A program made the position numbers and the translations under genes. Below, one piece after another: positions 50,618 through 60,066 of a stretch of DNA of 64,000 bases. Under the pieces are notes generated by a model. The model was not told the origin of the DNA. It searched no databases and saw only the letters and a list, made by a program, of their open reading frames with translations. Source of the DNA: Nitrospinota bacterium (lineage in GTDB: Bacteria > UBA8248). Within the stretch, counting starts at the first letter, position 1; every line of letters begins with the position of its first letter. Location of the stretch: contig JAZAHK010000003.1 in the NCBI GenBank assembly GCA_036231405.1, forward strand, positions 32,001 to 96,000, read 5' to 3'.

Positions 50618-52036
50618 ATGAATGATTTACACCACCCTTCCTTCAAGAACATGATGAACGATGTAGTCGAGGCAGGAAGTTGTTGTGAGTGTGGGAGTTG
50701 CATTTTAGTTTGCCCTCATAATGTAATTGAATATGTAGACAGCAAACCAAAACAAACTGCAAAGGCTTCAGCCCCATTCGATTATTGTGGCATTAGTGAA
50801 GGCATAGGATGTGATGTATGCGCTTCGGTCTGTCCAAGGCTTTGGCCCAGAGAGAACCATCTTAAAGACGCGATTTTCGAAGACTCCAGACCGTATGAAG
50901 ATATTTTTGGAATATACAAAAACATCTTTGCTGCAAGAACAAAAAAAAGTGAGATAATGGAAAATGCACAAGATGGAGGAATTGTCACAGCACTGCTTTC
51001 TTGGGCGTTAGACAAAAAGATAATTGATGGAGCAGTCGTATCCTCTGTTGGAGAAAATGACCCTCCGTGTAGTCCAAGCCCTCAAGTTGTTACTTCCCAA
51101 GAAGAAATTCTTGCAAGTTCAGGAAGTTGGTATACCTACTGTCCAAATAATTTAGCGCTAAAAGAGGTGGAAGAAAAAAATTTAGGAAAAATTGCATTTG
51201 TCGGCGTTCCATGCCAAATAACACCAATCAGAAAAATGTCCCATATAGATCCTTCTTTTTTAGTTTCTGCAAAAAAAAAACCGCAACATATTGAGAAGCA
51301 AAGAGGATTTTTGAGAGGATTCTCTGACAGAACTTCTCTCCAGATAGGACTTTTTTGTACAGAAGTTTTTACTTTTGATTTAATGAAAGAAAAAATTGAG
51401 GGAGAGATGAACATCCCCCTTGAAGATGTAGCAAAATTTAACGTTAAAGGGGATATTCTTATTCATAAAAAAGACGGGGAATTAGTTACACTTCCCCTTA
51501 AAGATGCAATGGATAATTATCAAAGACCAGAGTGTCAACATTGTGGGGACTTTTCTGCAGAATTAGCAGATATTTCATGCGGAGGAGTGGGGACACGTGG
51601 GTGGACAATAATTGTAATTCGTACAAAAAGAGGCGAGGAAATTTGGAAGGATTTTCAAAAATCGGGGACTATCGAAACTATGCCAATACAAGAAAATAAA
51701 AGAGCATGGAATATTCTACAAATATTAGCTAGACGTCAAAGAAATAGAGTCCCTACAGCAGAAGGAAGAAGTGGAACCACTGATAATCTACCACAATATA
51801 ACGCTAAAGAAGGATCTGATTTTTCACAACAAAAATTAGATGAAAGTCCAAAAAATCCCGAAGAGATTCAAGAATGTTTAAGTGCAGCCTATGGCAAAGA
51901 AAATTTTCCCCACGGAATAGATGGATTCATGGCTGGACAACCAATACCTGGGGATCCTGGAACTCCACTTTCAGGAGAAAAAAGGAAACTTCCTCCTCCT
52001 CCCTTGCCTGAACAAGGGGGCGCACCACCTGTATAA
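50618..52036 (+). CDS. F420-binding FrhB/FpoF-family Fe-S flavoprotein with an N-terminal ferredoxin and a Pro-rich C-terminal extension
   Basis: CCECGSCILVCP, CDVCASVCP, QDGG.VT, VGVPCQ, IGLFC and C..C.DF.AELADIS.G motifs. Confidence 0.88.
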   Translation: MNDLHHPSFKNMMNDVVEAGSCCECGSCILVCPHNVIEYVDSKPKQTAKASAPFDYCGISEGIGCDVCASVCPRLWPRENHLKDAIFEDSRPYEDIFGIYKNIFAARTKKSEIMENAQDGGIVTALLSWALDKKIIDGAVVSSVGENDPPCSPSPQVVTSQEEILASSGSWYTYCPNNLALKEVEEKNLGKIAFVGVPCQITPIRKMSHIDPSFLVSAKKKPQHIEKQRGFLRGFSDRTSLQIGLFCTEVFTFDLMKEKIEGEMNIPLEDVAKFNVKGDILIHKKDGELVTLPLKDAMDNYQRPECQHCGDFSAELADISCGGVGTRGWTIIVIRTKRGEEIWKDFQKSGTIETMPIQENKRAWNILQILARRQRNRVPTAEGRSGTTDNLPQYNAKEGSDFSQQKLDESPKNPEEIQECLSAAYGKENFPHGIDGFMAGQPIPGDPGTPLSGEKRKLPPPPLPEQGGAPPV

Positions 52037-52051
52037 AGGAACAAATTTGCA

Positions 52052-52681
52052 ATGGACAAAAAAATATTTAATAAAAACCTTACGAATTTCCCACTTGCAG
52101 ATGCATTACTTCAAAGAAGATCAATCAGGATTTTTAAAAAAACTCCAGTACCTAAAAAATGTGTAGATATCGCGATTCATGCAGCACTTCTAGCACCGAG
52201 CCCGCATGGAACATTTCCCTGGCGTTTCTGTATTCTAAAGAGCAAAAAATCAAAATCAAAGTTAGGAAAATCAATGGGAAGAAAATTTCTTGAAGACATG
52301 AAATTTGAAGGAATTTTGAAAAAAACAAGAGAAAGTAGATATCAAAAAAGTCTCAATCTAATTCAAAATTCTCCACTTATAGTTCTAGTTTCTCTTGATT
52401 TTTCAGGTATGGATACTTATCAAGAAAAAATTAAACAACAAAACGAAAATATGATGGCAGAACATAGTTTAGGAGCAGCATTACAAAATTTAATGCTTGC
52501 CTTTGCCGCACAGGGGATAGGTTCGGTTTGGAGATGTGCACCACTATTTTGTCCTGAAATCGCAAGAGATGCCATGAACCTACCAAAAAAATGGATACCT
52601 CGTGCTATGGTTTTAGCAGGATTTCCCAAAATACAACCCATCGAAAAAAAATCAATTAAACCCAGAGTAACGATAAGATGA
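52052..52681 (+). CDS. Stand-alone nitroreductase resembling the FbiB C-terminal domain (FbiE-type dehydro-F420 reductase)
   Basis: RRSIR.F, APSPH..PWRF, GAA.QN and W.CAPLFCP motifs; inside the cof operon. Confidence 0.8.
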   Translation: MDKKIFNKNLTNFPLADALLQRRSIRIFKKTPVPKKCVDIAIHAALLAPSPHGTFPWRFCILKSKKSKSKLGKSMGRKFLEDMKFEGILKKTRESRYQKSLNLIQNSPLIVLVSLDFSGMDTYQEKIKQQNENMMAEHSLGAALQNLMLAFAAQGIGSVWRCAPLFCPEIARDAMNLPKKWIPRAMVLAGFPKIQPIEKKSIKPRVTIR

Positions 52682-53625
52682 GCAATTACGGTAAAATAGT
52701 TGCATTTGCAGGAGGTGTAGGTGGAGCCAAACTCGCAACCGGCCTTGACTCTTTTTTAGATGATGGGACTCTCAGTATTATTGTAAATACGGCTGATGAT
52801 TTTACTTTACATGGACTCCATATTAGTCCAGATGTTGATACTATTATGTATAATCTTGCGGGTCTTTCAGACCCAAAACAAGGTTGGGGAATAATGGACG
52901 ACACGAATGAAGCACTAAAAATCTTAGACCTTTATGGTGGGCCTTCTTGGTTTCAACTTGGAGATAAAGATATTGCTACACATATAAGAAGAACACAAAG
53001 ACTTAATGAGGGCAAAAATCTTACTGAAGTAACCTCAGAATTAAGTTCTGCTTTGGGAATAAAAACGAAAATCTTACCTATGACAAACAGTCAAGTGGCA
53101 ACAAGAATTATGACTCCAGAAGGAGAATTAGAATTCCAAGACTATTTTGTTGCAAGGAAAGCTTTATCAAAAGTAATTGGGGTGAATTTTCATGGAATTC
53201 AAAGTGCCTCTGCAACTAATGAAGTCATTGCTGCTATTGAAGAAGCTACACATATTATATTTTGTCCTTCAAACCCTATCGTAAGTATCGGCCCTATATT
53301 GGAAATTAAAGAAATAAAAGAAAAATTATTAGACCCAAATTTCACAAGGGTTGCCGTAAGCCCAATTATTGGAGGGAAAGCAGTGAGAGGTCCAGCTGCT
53401 GAGATGTTGAAAGGTCTAAATTGTGAAGTTTCTGCTGTGGGAGTAGCAAAATTCCTTAAAAATTTCATTGACGGATTTATTATTGACCAAGTTGATGATC
53501 ACCTAGAAAATGAAGTAGAAAAAATTGGCTTAAAAGTAAAATCCCTTCCAACTATAATGTCTGACTTGCAGACGAAAAAAAATCTAGCAAGACAGACTCT
53601 TGAATTTTCAGATTCACTAAAATAA
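52678..53625 (+). CDS. cofD: 2-phospho-L-lactate/PEP transferase CofD/FbiA
   Basis: GGVGGAK, NTADD, ISPD.D, WFQLGDKD, FQDYFV and PSNP.VSIGPI motifs. Confidence 0.95.
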   Translation: MSNYGKIVAFAGGVGGAKLATGLDSFLDDGTLSIIVNTADDFTLHGLHISPDVDTIMYNLAGLSDPKQGWGIMDDTNEALKILDLYGGPSWFQLGDKDIATHIRRTQRLNEGKNLTEVTSELSSALGIKTKILPMTNSQVATRIMTPEGELEFQDYFVARKALSKVIGVNFHGIQSASATNEVIAAIEEATHIIFCPSNPIVSIGPILEIKEIKEKLLDPNFTRVAVSPIIGGKAVRGPAAEMLKGLNCEVSAVGVAKFLKNFIDGFIIDQVDDHLENEVEKIGLKVKSLPTIMSDLQTKKNLARQTLEFSDSLK

Positions 53626-53662
53626 ATTAAATGATTAGTTTATTAGAATTTGAAATGAGACA

Positions 53663-54298
53663 ATGAAAACATTCAAACCCTGTGTTGCCATTATTCCTGC
53701 AAAAGATTTCAAAAAGGGAAAATCTCGCCTATTTGGAATAATAGAAGAAAAACTCAGGATTAACATTCAGAAATGGATGTTAGAAAATGTTTTACTCTCG
53801 GTTACAACGTGCAGCCTTATTGATGACACGGTTGTAGTTAGTGATTCCTCAGAAGTTTTAAGAATAGCAAGTCAATTCAAAACGACAGGGATCAAAAGTG
53901 AGTCCTATGACCTTAACGAAGATTTAGGAAAAGGAATAGAATGGGCAAAAACAAACGATGCAAAGTCAATTCTTATAATACCTTCTGATTTACCTCTTCT
54001 AGAAAAAAATGACGTAATAAAAATTATAGAGAGAGGAATTAAGCTTTCTTCTGTTATCATCACTCCTTCTCCAGATGGAGGTACTAATAGTCTTTTTTTT
54101 CTTTCTAAAAATATCCCTAATCTATCGTTTGGGAAAAAAAGTTTCAAAAAACATTGGGATGGGTATATGGCAAAGAAAATTAAAATTTTCAGCTACGAAA
54201 GCAAGGGTTTAAGTTTCGACCTAGATACACCCGAAAATCTTAAAAAACTGATAGAGTACAAACCTAATCTGTTTGAAACATTAACTTTAGAAGAGTAA
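53663..54298 (+). CDS. cofC: Guanylyltransferase CofC/FbiD
   Basis: IIP.K...GKSRL, PSDLP, DGGTN, FG..SF..H and DLDTPE motifs. Confidence 0.9.
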   Translation: MKTFKPCVAIIPAKDFKKGKSRLFGIIEEKLRINIQKWMLENVLLSVTTCSLIDDTVVVSDSSEVLRIASQFKTTGIKSESYDLNEDLGKGIEWAKTNDAKSILIIPSDLPLLEKNDVIKIIERGIKLSSVIITPSPDGGTNSLFFLSKNIPNLSFGKKSFKKHWDGYMAKKIKIFSYESKGLSFDLDTPENLKKLIEYKPNLFETLTLEE

Positions 54299-54300
54299 TT

Positions 54301-55062
54301 ATGAATAAAATAGAAATGATTCCAGTTACAGGAATTTCTGAAATACTCCCAAATGACAATCTTTTTGAAAAGATTTTTAATCAAATGGAGAAACTCGGAA
54401 TTTCCTATCTAGAGAACGATATTCTATGCATTGCTCAAAAAATAGTTAGTAAAGCTGAAAACAGATATGTAGATCTAAATGAAATTCAGCCCTCAGAAGA
54501 TGCTATGAAAATCGCTAAAAGAGATAATAGAGACCCTAGGTTAGTTGAAGTTGTTATAAGAGAATCAAATGAAATTATAGTTGCAACAGAAAAAGCTTTA
54601 ATAGTTGAACACCATACGGGGATGGTATGTGCTCACGCGGGAATAGACAGATCAAATCTACCTGAAAATGAAAATATTGTTCTACTTTTACCTAAGAACG
54701 CAGACTTGTCAGCAGCGAAAATCAGAAAAGAAGTTTTCAAAAAAAAACAAGTCACAATAGCAGTTGTCATTGTGGATACTCAAGGACGCGCATTCCGTCG
54801 TGGTGTTGTGGGAGTTTCAATTGGCTCTTCAGGTATAGAATCCATATCGGATTTAAGGGGGAAAGCAGATCGTTTCGGGAAGCCTCTGCTTATAACAATC
54901 CTGGCGCAAGCAGACGAAATTGCTGCTGCTGCTAGTTCGGTAATGGGTCAGGCAGATGAAAGTATTCCTGCTGTTATAATGAGGGGAATGAACTATAGAA
55001 GAGGTGATATTGCTTCTTCTCAACTTTATCGCTCAAAAGATGAAGACCTTTTCAGAAAATAA
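54301..55062 (+). CDS. cofE: F420-0:L-glutamate ligase
   Basis: QKIVSKAE, AGIDRSN, DTQGR.FR.G and DEIAAAA motifs. Confidence 0.95.
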   Translation: MNKIEMIPVTGISEILPNDNLFEKIFNQMEKLGISYLENDILCIAQKIVSKAENRYVDLNEIQPSEDAMKIAKRDNRDPRLVEVVIRESNEIIVATEKALIVEHHTGMVCAHAGIDRSNLPENENIVLLLPKNADLSAAKIRKEVFKKKQVTIAVVIVDTQGRAFRRGVVGVSIGSSGIESISDLRGKADRFGKPLLITILAQADEIAAAASSVMGQADESIPAVIMRGMNYRRGDIASSQLYRSKDEDLFRK

Positions 55063-55093
55063 GTAATTTGCCGCTAAAATACAAGGATTCTCC

Positions 55094-56293
55094 ATGTGGA
55101 ATAATCTTAGTTATCTTATCGACATAGTCATTATGTGGTATTTGATCTACCAAGCTTACAGGAGATTCAACAATTCTCATGCTATGCAATTATTGATACG
55201 AATAGTCTCTATTTGGGTATGCTATTTCGTATCTAAACACTTTGGATTACATCTAACTTCCTTCCTCCTTTGGATAGTTTGTATTACATTCTTAATTCTT
55301 TTCTTAATCTCCTTTCAGAATGACATTCGTAAAATTTCCTCAGAAATAAATCCACTCATACGAGTTATCGCAATAATTAGAAAAGTTTTCAAATTTACAC
55401 CTACAGATCAAAAACTTTCCATTCTCGGGAATTCAACAATTCAACTACTCGAAAAGGGACTTGGAGCCATTGTGATTATCGAGAGAAAAGAAGATTTAAA
55501 TTCGATTTTTCGTAGTCCAGGGGAAAAAATTGATGCAGAGATTAGACCAGCACTTATGGAATCAATTTTCAATCTTTCATCACCATATCACGATGGGGCC
55601 GTTCAAATAAGAAATGGAAAAATTTTTAGAGTAGGATGTATTTTACCATTGTCTGAAAGACAAGATCTCCCTGCTTCCTATGGGACCCGGCATAGAGCTG
55701 CCCTAGGAGTAACTGAAAGTTCAGATGCATTAGCTATTATCGTTTCTGAGGAACGTAAAGAAATTTCTGCAATAGAAAATGGGGAAATCTCCAAAATTGA
55801 TACTGAAGAACAACTCAACGAATGGGTAATGTTAAGATTGAAATTAAATGAAAAGCCAGTAAATTTCAGAGACCAATTCACTATGATCAATGTGACGAGC
55901 AACTGGAAACCAAAACTTTTTATACTCTTGTCTCTAATTTTCCTTTCGGGTTTGGGCATCGATGAAAAAGTAACTCCTTCAAACATACTCTCCAATTTTT
56001 CGGAAAGCGAAACTGCTAGATTCAAGGTTCCGATCTCTTTCTATAACATTCCTAAAAATCTTGATTTAGAATTAGATAATCTTAAAACTGTTGAACTTCA
56101 ACTAAGCGGAAGAAAAAATGTACTAAACTTTCTAGATGAAGAAAAATTAATGGTCAGATTAAATTTAAAAAATTTAGACCCTAGAGAAAATTCATATAAG
56201 ATTACACCACAAGACCTAATAATCCCTGATTCTCTAAAAATTGTCAGTTTTTTACCAAAGAAAATTTTTTTCATGCTAAAAGTAAAAAAATAA
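55094..56293 (+). CDS. Membrane diadenylate cyclase (CdaA) fused to a YbbR/CdaR-like domain
   Basis: 3 N-terminal TM helices; HDGA and GTRHRAA catalytic motifs; VSEE; then a TM helix and a YbbR-like beta domain. Confidence 0.85.
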   Translation: MWNNLSYLIDIVIMWYLIYQAYRRFNNSHAMQLLIRIVSIWVCYFVSKHFGLHLTSFLLWIVCITFLILFLISFQNDIRKISSEINPLIRVIAIIRKVFKFTPTDQKLSILGNSTIQLLEKGLGAIVIIERKEDLNSIFRSPGEKIDAEIRPALMESIFNLSSPYHDGAVQIRNGKIFRVGCILPLSERQDLPASYGTRHRAALGVTESSDALAIIVSEERKEISAIENGEISKIDTEEQLNEWVMLRLKLNEKPVNFRDQFTMINVTSNWKPKLFILLSLIFLSGLGIDEKVTPSNILSNFSESETARFKVPISFYNIPKNLDLELDNLKTVELQLSGRKNVLNFLDEEKLMVRLNLKNLDPRENSYKITPQDLIIPDSLKIVSFLPKKIFFMLKVKK

Positions 56294-56500
56294 CATTTCC
56301 CCACGTCAAAACACGTAACATTACTGAAATAATTACATAATATATTTTCTGATGTAGCTTTTTTGATTTTAATTCCTTATTCTCACGGAATTTTTAATTC
56401 CGCCTCTAGTTTAAAAAAATATTTAGTCCGTCATTTTTCTTTTGTGAACTCCGAATGAAAAATGGATAGGACAATTGATAAATCCAAGGAGGAGTCAAAC

Positions 56501-57790
56501 ATGTTGAGTGCTGTTTTTTATGCAGTAACAGTTTTAGTATCAGTATTTTTGTTCGATTCTAACGTTTTCGCAGCTGACAAACTCGATTCAGGAGATACAG
56601 CCTGGATTCTAACTTCATCTTGTCTAGTCTTGTTCATGACAATCCCCGGACTAGCACTGTTCTACGGGGGATTAGTTCGTTCAAAAAATGTTCTGTCCGT
56701 TCTAATGCAATGTTTTGCAATCGCATGTCTAATTACGATCCTATGGATAGTTTATGGTTATAGCCTTGCGTTTTCAGGTGGAGGCAACTATGTAGGAAAT
56801 CTCGATAAGGCTTTCTTATCAGGTGTTACAAGGGGTTCTCTAAGTGGAACCTTACCAGAAACAGTTTTTGTTATGTTCCAACTAACTTTCGCAATTATAA
56901 CACCTGCGCTAATAGTAGGCGCATTTGCAGAAAGAATGAAGTTTTCTGCTATGCTTCTTTTCAGCGCACTTTGGTTCACTATTGTTTATGCACCTGTTTG
57001 TCACTGGGTATGGGGTGGAGGATGGTTACAACAAATGAAGGCTTTAGATTTTGCTGGCGGAACCGTTGTACACATAAACTCGGGTATTAGTGCACTTGTC
57101 GCCGCGCTTGTCATTGGAAAACGGAGAGGATTCCCAGAACAACCAATGACACCTCATAACCTTACCATGACTGTCACAGGCGCCTCTATGCTGTGGGTAG
57201 GATGGTTTGGATTTAACGCTGGGAGTGCAGTCTCGGCAGGTGCAGATGCTGGAATGGCCATGCTTGTTACTCATATTTCTGCTGCCGCTGCCGCTCTAGC
57301 TTGGATGACCTGCGAATGGATGAAATATGGGAAAGCAAGTGTACTTGGAATCGTAACTGGTGCGGTTGCTGGACTCGTTTGTATCACTCCAGCCTCTGGT
57401 TCTGTAGGTCCAATGGGTGGTTTAGTACTTGGCATAGCTGCAGGTTTAATTTGTTATGCTGCTACACATGTCATGAAAGAAGTTTTAAGTGTAGATGACT
57501 CTCTCGATGTATTTACAGTTCATGGAGTTGGAGGTATTGTCGGCGCCCTTCTAACTGGTATTTTTGTCGCATCGAATCTTGGCGGTGCAGGTTTTGCGGA
57601 TAAGATGACAATGGGCAGTCAACTTTTGGTCCAGACCGTTAGTGTTGTTGCAACTTTAGTGTACGCTGGAGTACTTTCATTTATCATACTTAAAGTAGTT
57701 GACGGAATATGTGGTCTTAGAGTTTCTGCAGACGAAGAAGATGAAGGACTTGACACAACAATGCATAATGAGCGAGGGTATGACTTATAG
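56501..57790 (+). CDS. amtB: Ammonium transporter
   Basis: PGLALFYGG, FQ.TFA, DFAGGTVVH, WFGFNAGS and DDSLDVF.VHG motifs; start follows GGAGG. Confidence 0.97.
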   Translation: MLSAVFYAVTVLVSVFLFDSNVFAADKLDSGDTAWILTSSCLVLFMTIPGLALFYGGLVRSKNVLSVLMQCFAIACLITILWIVYGYSLAFSGGGNYVGNLDKAFLSGVTRGSLSGTLPETVFVMFQLTFAIITPALIVGAFAERMKFSAMLLFSALWFTIVYAPVCHWVWGGGWLQQMKALDFAGGTVVHINSGISALVAALVIGKRRGFPEQPMTPHNLTMTVTGASMLWVGWFGFNAGSAVSAGADAGMAMLVTHISAAAAALAWMTCEWMKYGKASVLGIVTGAVAGLVCITPASGSVGPMGGLVLGIAAGLICYAATHVMKEVLSVDDSLDVFTVHGVGGIVGALLTGIFVASNLGGAGFADKMTMGSQLLVQTVSVVATLVYAGVLSFIILKVVDGICGLRVSADEEDEGLDTTMHNERGYDL

Positions 57791-57875
57791 TTTTTTCTAT
57801 AATTACTTTGCCCGTACCCAAGAATATTTAATTTCTTAAAAAGTTTACGTTAAGAACTAGGATAGGAGATTTTAA

Positions 57876-58013
57876 ATGAAAAAAGTACTTTCTGTTATAG
57901 TTGTTTCATTGTTTCTTGGACTTTCTCTCGCAGGTTGCATGACCCCATTAGAACAAGCAATTGAGAAAAATAAACAAGCTCTAGAAAAAATAAGAAAGAA
58001 ACACGGAAAATAA
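57876..58013 (+). CDS. Small 45-aa lipoprotein (not in the ORF track)
   Basis: SD AGGAGA; MKKVLSVIVVSLFLGLSLAG-C lipobox; followed by a terminator. Confidence 0.8.
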   Translation: MKKVLSVIVVSLFLGLSLAGCMTPLEQAIEKNKQALEKIRKKHGK

Positions 58014-58037
58014 GTAAAGTTCAGAAAATCTAAAGAT

Positions 58038-58074
58038 AAAAAAGAAGGTCTCGTTATTGAGGTCTTCTTTTTTT
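58038..58074. terminator. Intrinsic terminator, possibly bidirectional
   Basis: A-run, GAAGGTCTC/GAGGTCTTC stem, T-run. Confidence 0.75.
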
Positions 58075-58152
58075 GTTTGCATTTTGGGCTCAAATCTTGT
58101 TGAATAGAGACAATTAAAAAGAAGAGTTTGCTTAGAAAAAGGAGACTATAAA

Positions 58153-58653
58153 ATGAAGGTTTTTTCTTACTTGTTTTTGCTTCTGTTTTCAATTTTCACT
58201 TTGGTTAGTTGTGCTCCGCAACATGGCGGATACACAAAACAAGACACTGGAAAAGTTCTAGGAGGCATAGCCGGTGGAGTTTTAGGTTCAAGAGTTGGAA
58301 AGGGAAGGGGAAGAATGATTGCTACAATCGGTGGCGCAATTGTAGGCGCTATGATTGGAGGTGAAATAGGGAAACAACTTGACGAAAGAGATCGTCTTTT
58401 ACTAGGGAAAACTACCCAATCTGCATTAGAATACGGAAAATCTGGTTCCACAAACAAATGGAGAAATCCTGATTCTGGAAACAGTGGAATCATTGTCCCG
58501 AAAAGATCCTATAGACCAAGAATTTCTCGCTTGAAGAGAAGATACAAATACTGTAGGGAATTCCAACAAACGATAATTGTTGGAGGGCATAAGGAAAATG
58601 CTTACGGAAAGGCTTGTAGGCAACCTGATGGACAATGGAAGATTGTCAGGTAA
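58153..58653 (+). CDS. Glycine-zipper lipoprotein (17-kDa surface antigen/RT0821-like)
   Basis: Lipobox LVSC, Gly zipper, WRNPDSGNSG, CREF.Q and ACRQPDG.W motifs. Confidence 0.9.
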   Translation: MKVFSYLFLLLFSIFTLVSCAPQHGGYTKQDTGKVLGGIAGGVLGSRVGKGRGRMIATIGGAIVGAMIGGEIGKQLDERDRLLLGKTTQSALEYGKSGSTNKWRNPDSGNSGIIVPKRSYRPRISRLKRRYKYCREFQQTIIVGGHKENAYGKACRQPDGQWKIVR

Positions 58654-58691
58654 TTTAACCCCACGAGAATTGATTAGTTTGGGAGATTTCT

Positions 58692-59867
58692 ATGGTAGTT
58701 AAAGCTACAAGGAAAAGAAATTGGTTTACATATTTTTCAGATAACTATCGTTGGTCTTTTATAACGTCAATAGCACTTATGAGAACTACCGTAGGTGCGT
58801 CAGACCCAGCAGAAATCTTCGAAGTATGTAGAAAGATTGAAAAGTCAAATGGGAGCGATAGATCTTGGACACGAGAGTGGACGAAAATGGGCGAAAAGAT
58901 AAGGAAACTAGCCCTGAGTGAAAAAAGAAACAACCATTCTCTCTCTGCATCCTCTCATTTCAATAGAGCCTGCCATTATTACCAAATGGCTGATAGATTT
59001 GCCTTCCCTAAAAATAAAGTGTCAAACGCAATATACAAGAAATCTATTGACTGTTTTAAACAATACACACAACTTACAGACTCCCCAAAAATAGAATGTG
59101 TGGAAATCCCATTTGAAGGTGGAAAAACTTTACCTGCGTATTTTATTCACGCACAGAATACTCGAAAGAAAAAACCACCTGTTGTACTTTCATATACTGG
59201 TTTTGATGGAACTAAAGAAACTTCTCTCGTCCTAGGGGGTTTAGCACTTGCCAAAAGGGGGATGAGTGTCGTTGTACCTGACACCCCAGGAGTTGGGGAA
59301 TCAATACGTTTTAGAAAGAATTTTCTTAGGTATGATTATGAGATTGCGGCTACGGCCATCATTGATTGGCTAGAAAAAAGAAAAGATGTAAATGCAAAAA
59401 AGGTAGGAATTATGGCTTCTAGTCTAGGAGGATATTATTCACCTCGTTCTGCTTCTATGGAAAAAAGGATAAAAGCTTGCGTCGCATGGGGTGCTATTTG
59501 GGATTATCACCGAATTTGGAAAAAGAGAATTGACGCAGCTTTCAAGATACAATTACCTTCCCCTGGGAATCATCTAGCGTGGAGTTTTAATGTAAAATCC
59601 GCAGATGAAGCTCTTGAGAAGCTTAAAAGCTTTAAGCTTAATGGTGTTGTTCAAAAGATGAAGTGTCCTTTTCTAATCGTCCATGGCGAAGATGACCAAC
59701 AAATCCCTCTCAGCGATGCAAAAAAGCTTTATGCTGCATCCGGTTCAAAAGATAAAACACTTAAGATATTTAACGGAGAAAATGGGGGATCGCAACACTG
59801 CCATATGGATTACTTAGCTCCGGTAGTTCCGTATATGGCTGATTGGATATCTGAGAAGCTTTCTTGA
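58692..59867 (+). CDS. Alpha/beta hydrolase (FrsA/2,6-dihydroxypseudooxynicotine hydrolase-like)
   Basis: GFDGTKE, D.PG.GE, ASSLGGYY, HGEDD.Q and HC motifs. Confidence 0.85.
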   Translation: MVVKATRKRNWFTYFSDNYRWSFITSIALMRTTVGASDPAEIFEVCRKIEKSNGSDRSWTREWTKMGEKIRKLALSEKRNNHSLSASSHFNRACHYYQMADRFAFPKNKVSNAIYKKSIDCFKQYTQLTDSPKIECVEIPFEGGKTLPAYFIHAQNTRKKKPPVVLSYTGFDGTKETSLVLGGLALAKRGMSVVVPDTPGVGESIRFRKNFLRYDYEIAATAIIDWLEKRKDVNAKKVGIMASSLGGYYSPRSASMEKRIKACVAWGAIWDYHRIWKKRIDAAFKIQLPSPGNHLAWSFNVKSADEALEKLKSFKLNGVVQKMKCPFLIVHGEDDQQIPLSDAKKLYAASGSKDKTLKIFNGENGGSQHCHMDYLAPVVPYMADWISEKLS

Positions 59868-60066
59868 TAGGAATTATAGAAGGTTTTTGCATGTTCTCCT
59901 AGGTAACTTGCCTTGTACTTTTCTAAAAGTGTATAATTTGCCACTCGGCGTACCCGATATTACGTAAAAATATTAAATTTCTCGTATATCTAATACTGGT
60001 TAAATGGTGAATTCGCTTATTAGAAAAGCGTTCTACAGGTTTTAACGCTAAGAGTAAGGATCGTTG

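Noticed and set aside
56400-56500. Glutamine riboswitch upstream of amtB
   Set aside because: A CATTTTTC/GAAAAATG hairpin exists, but I could not match the glnA-motif consensus
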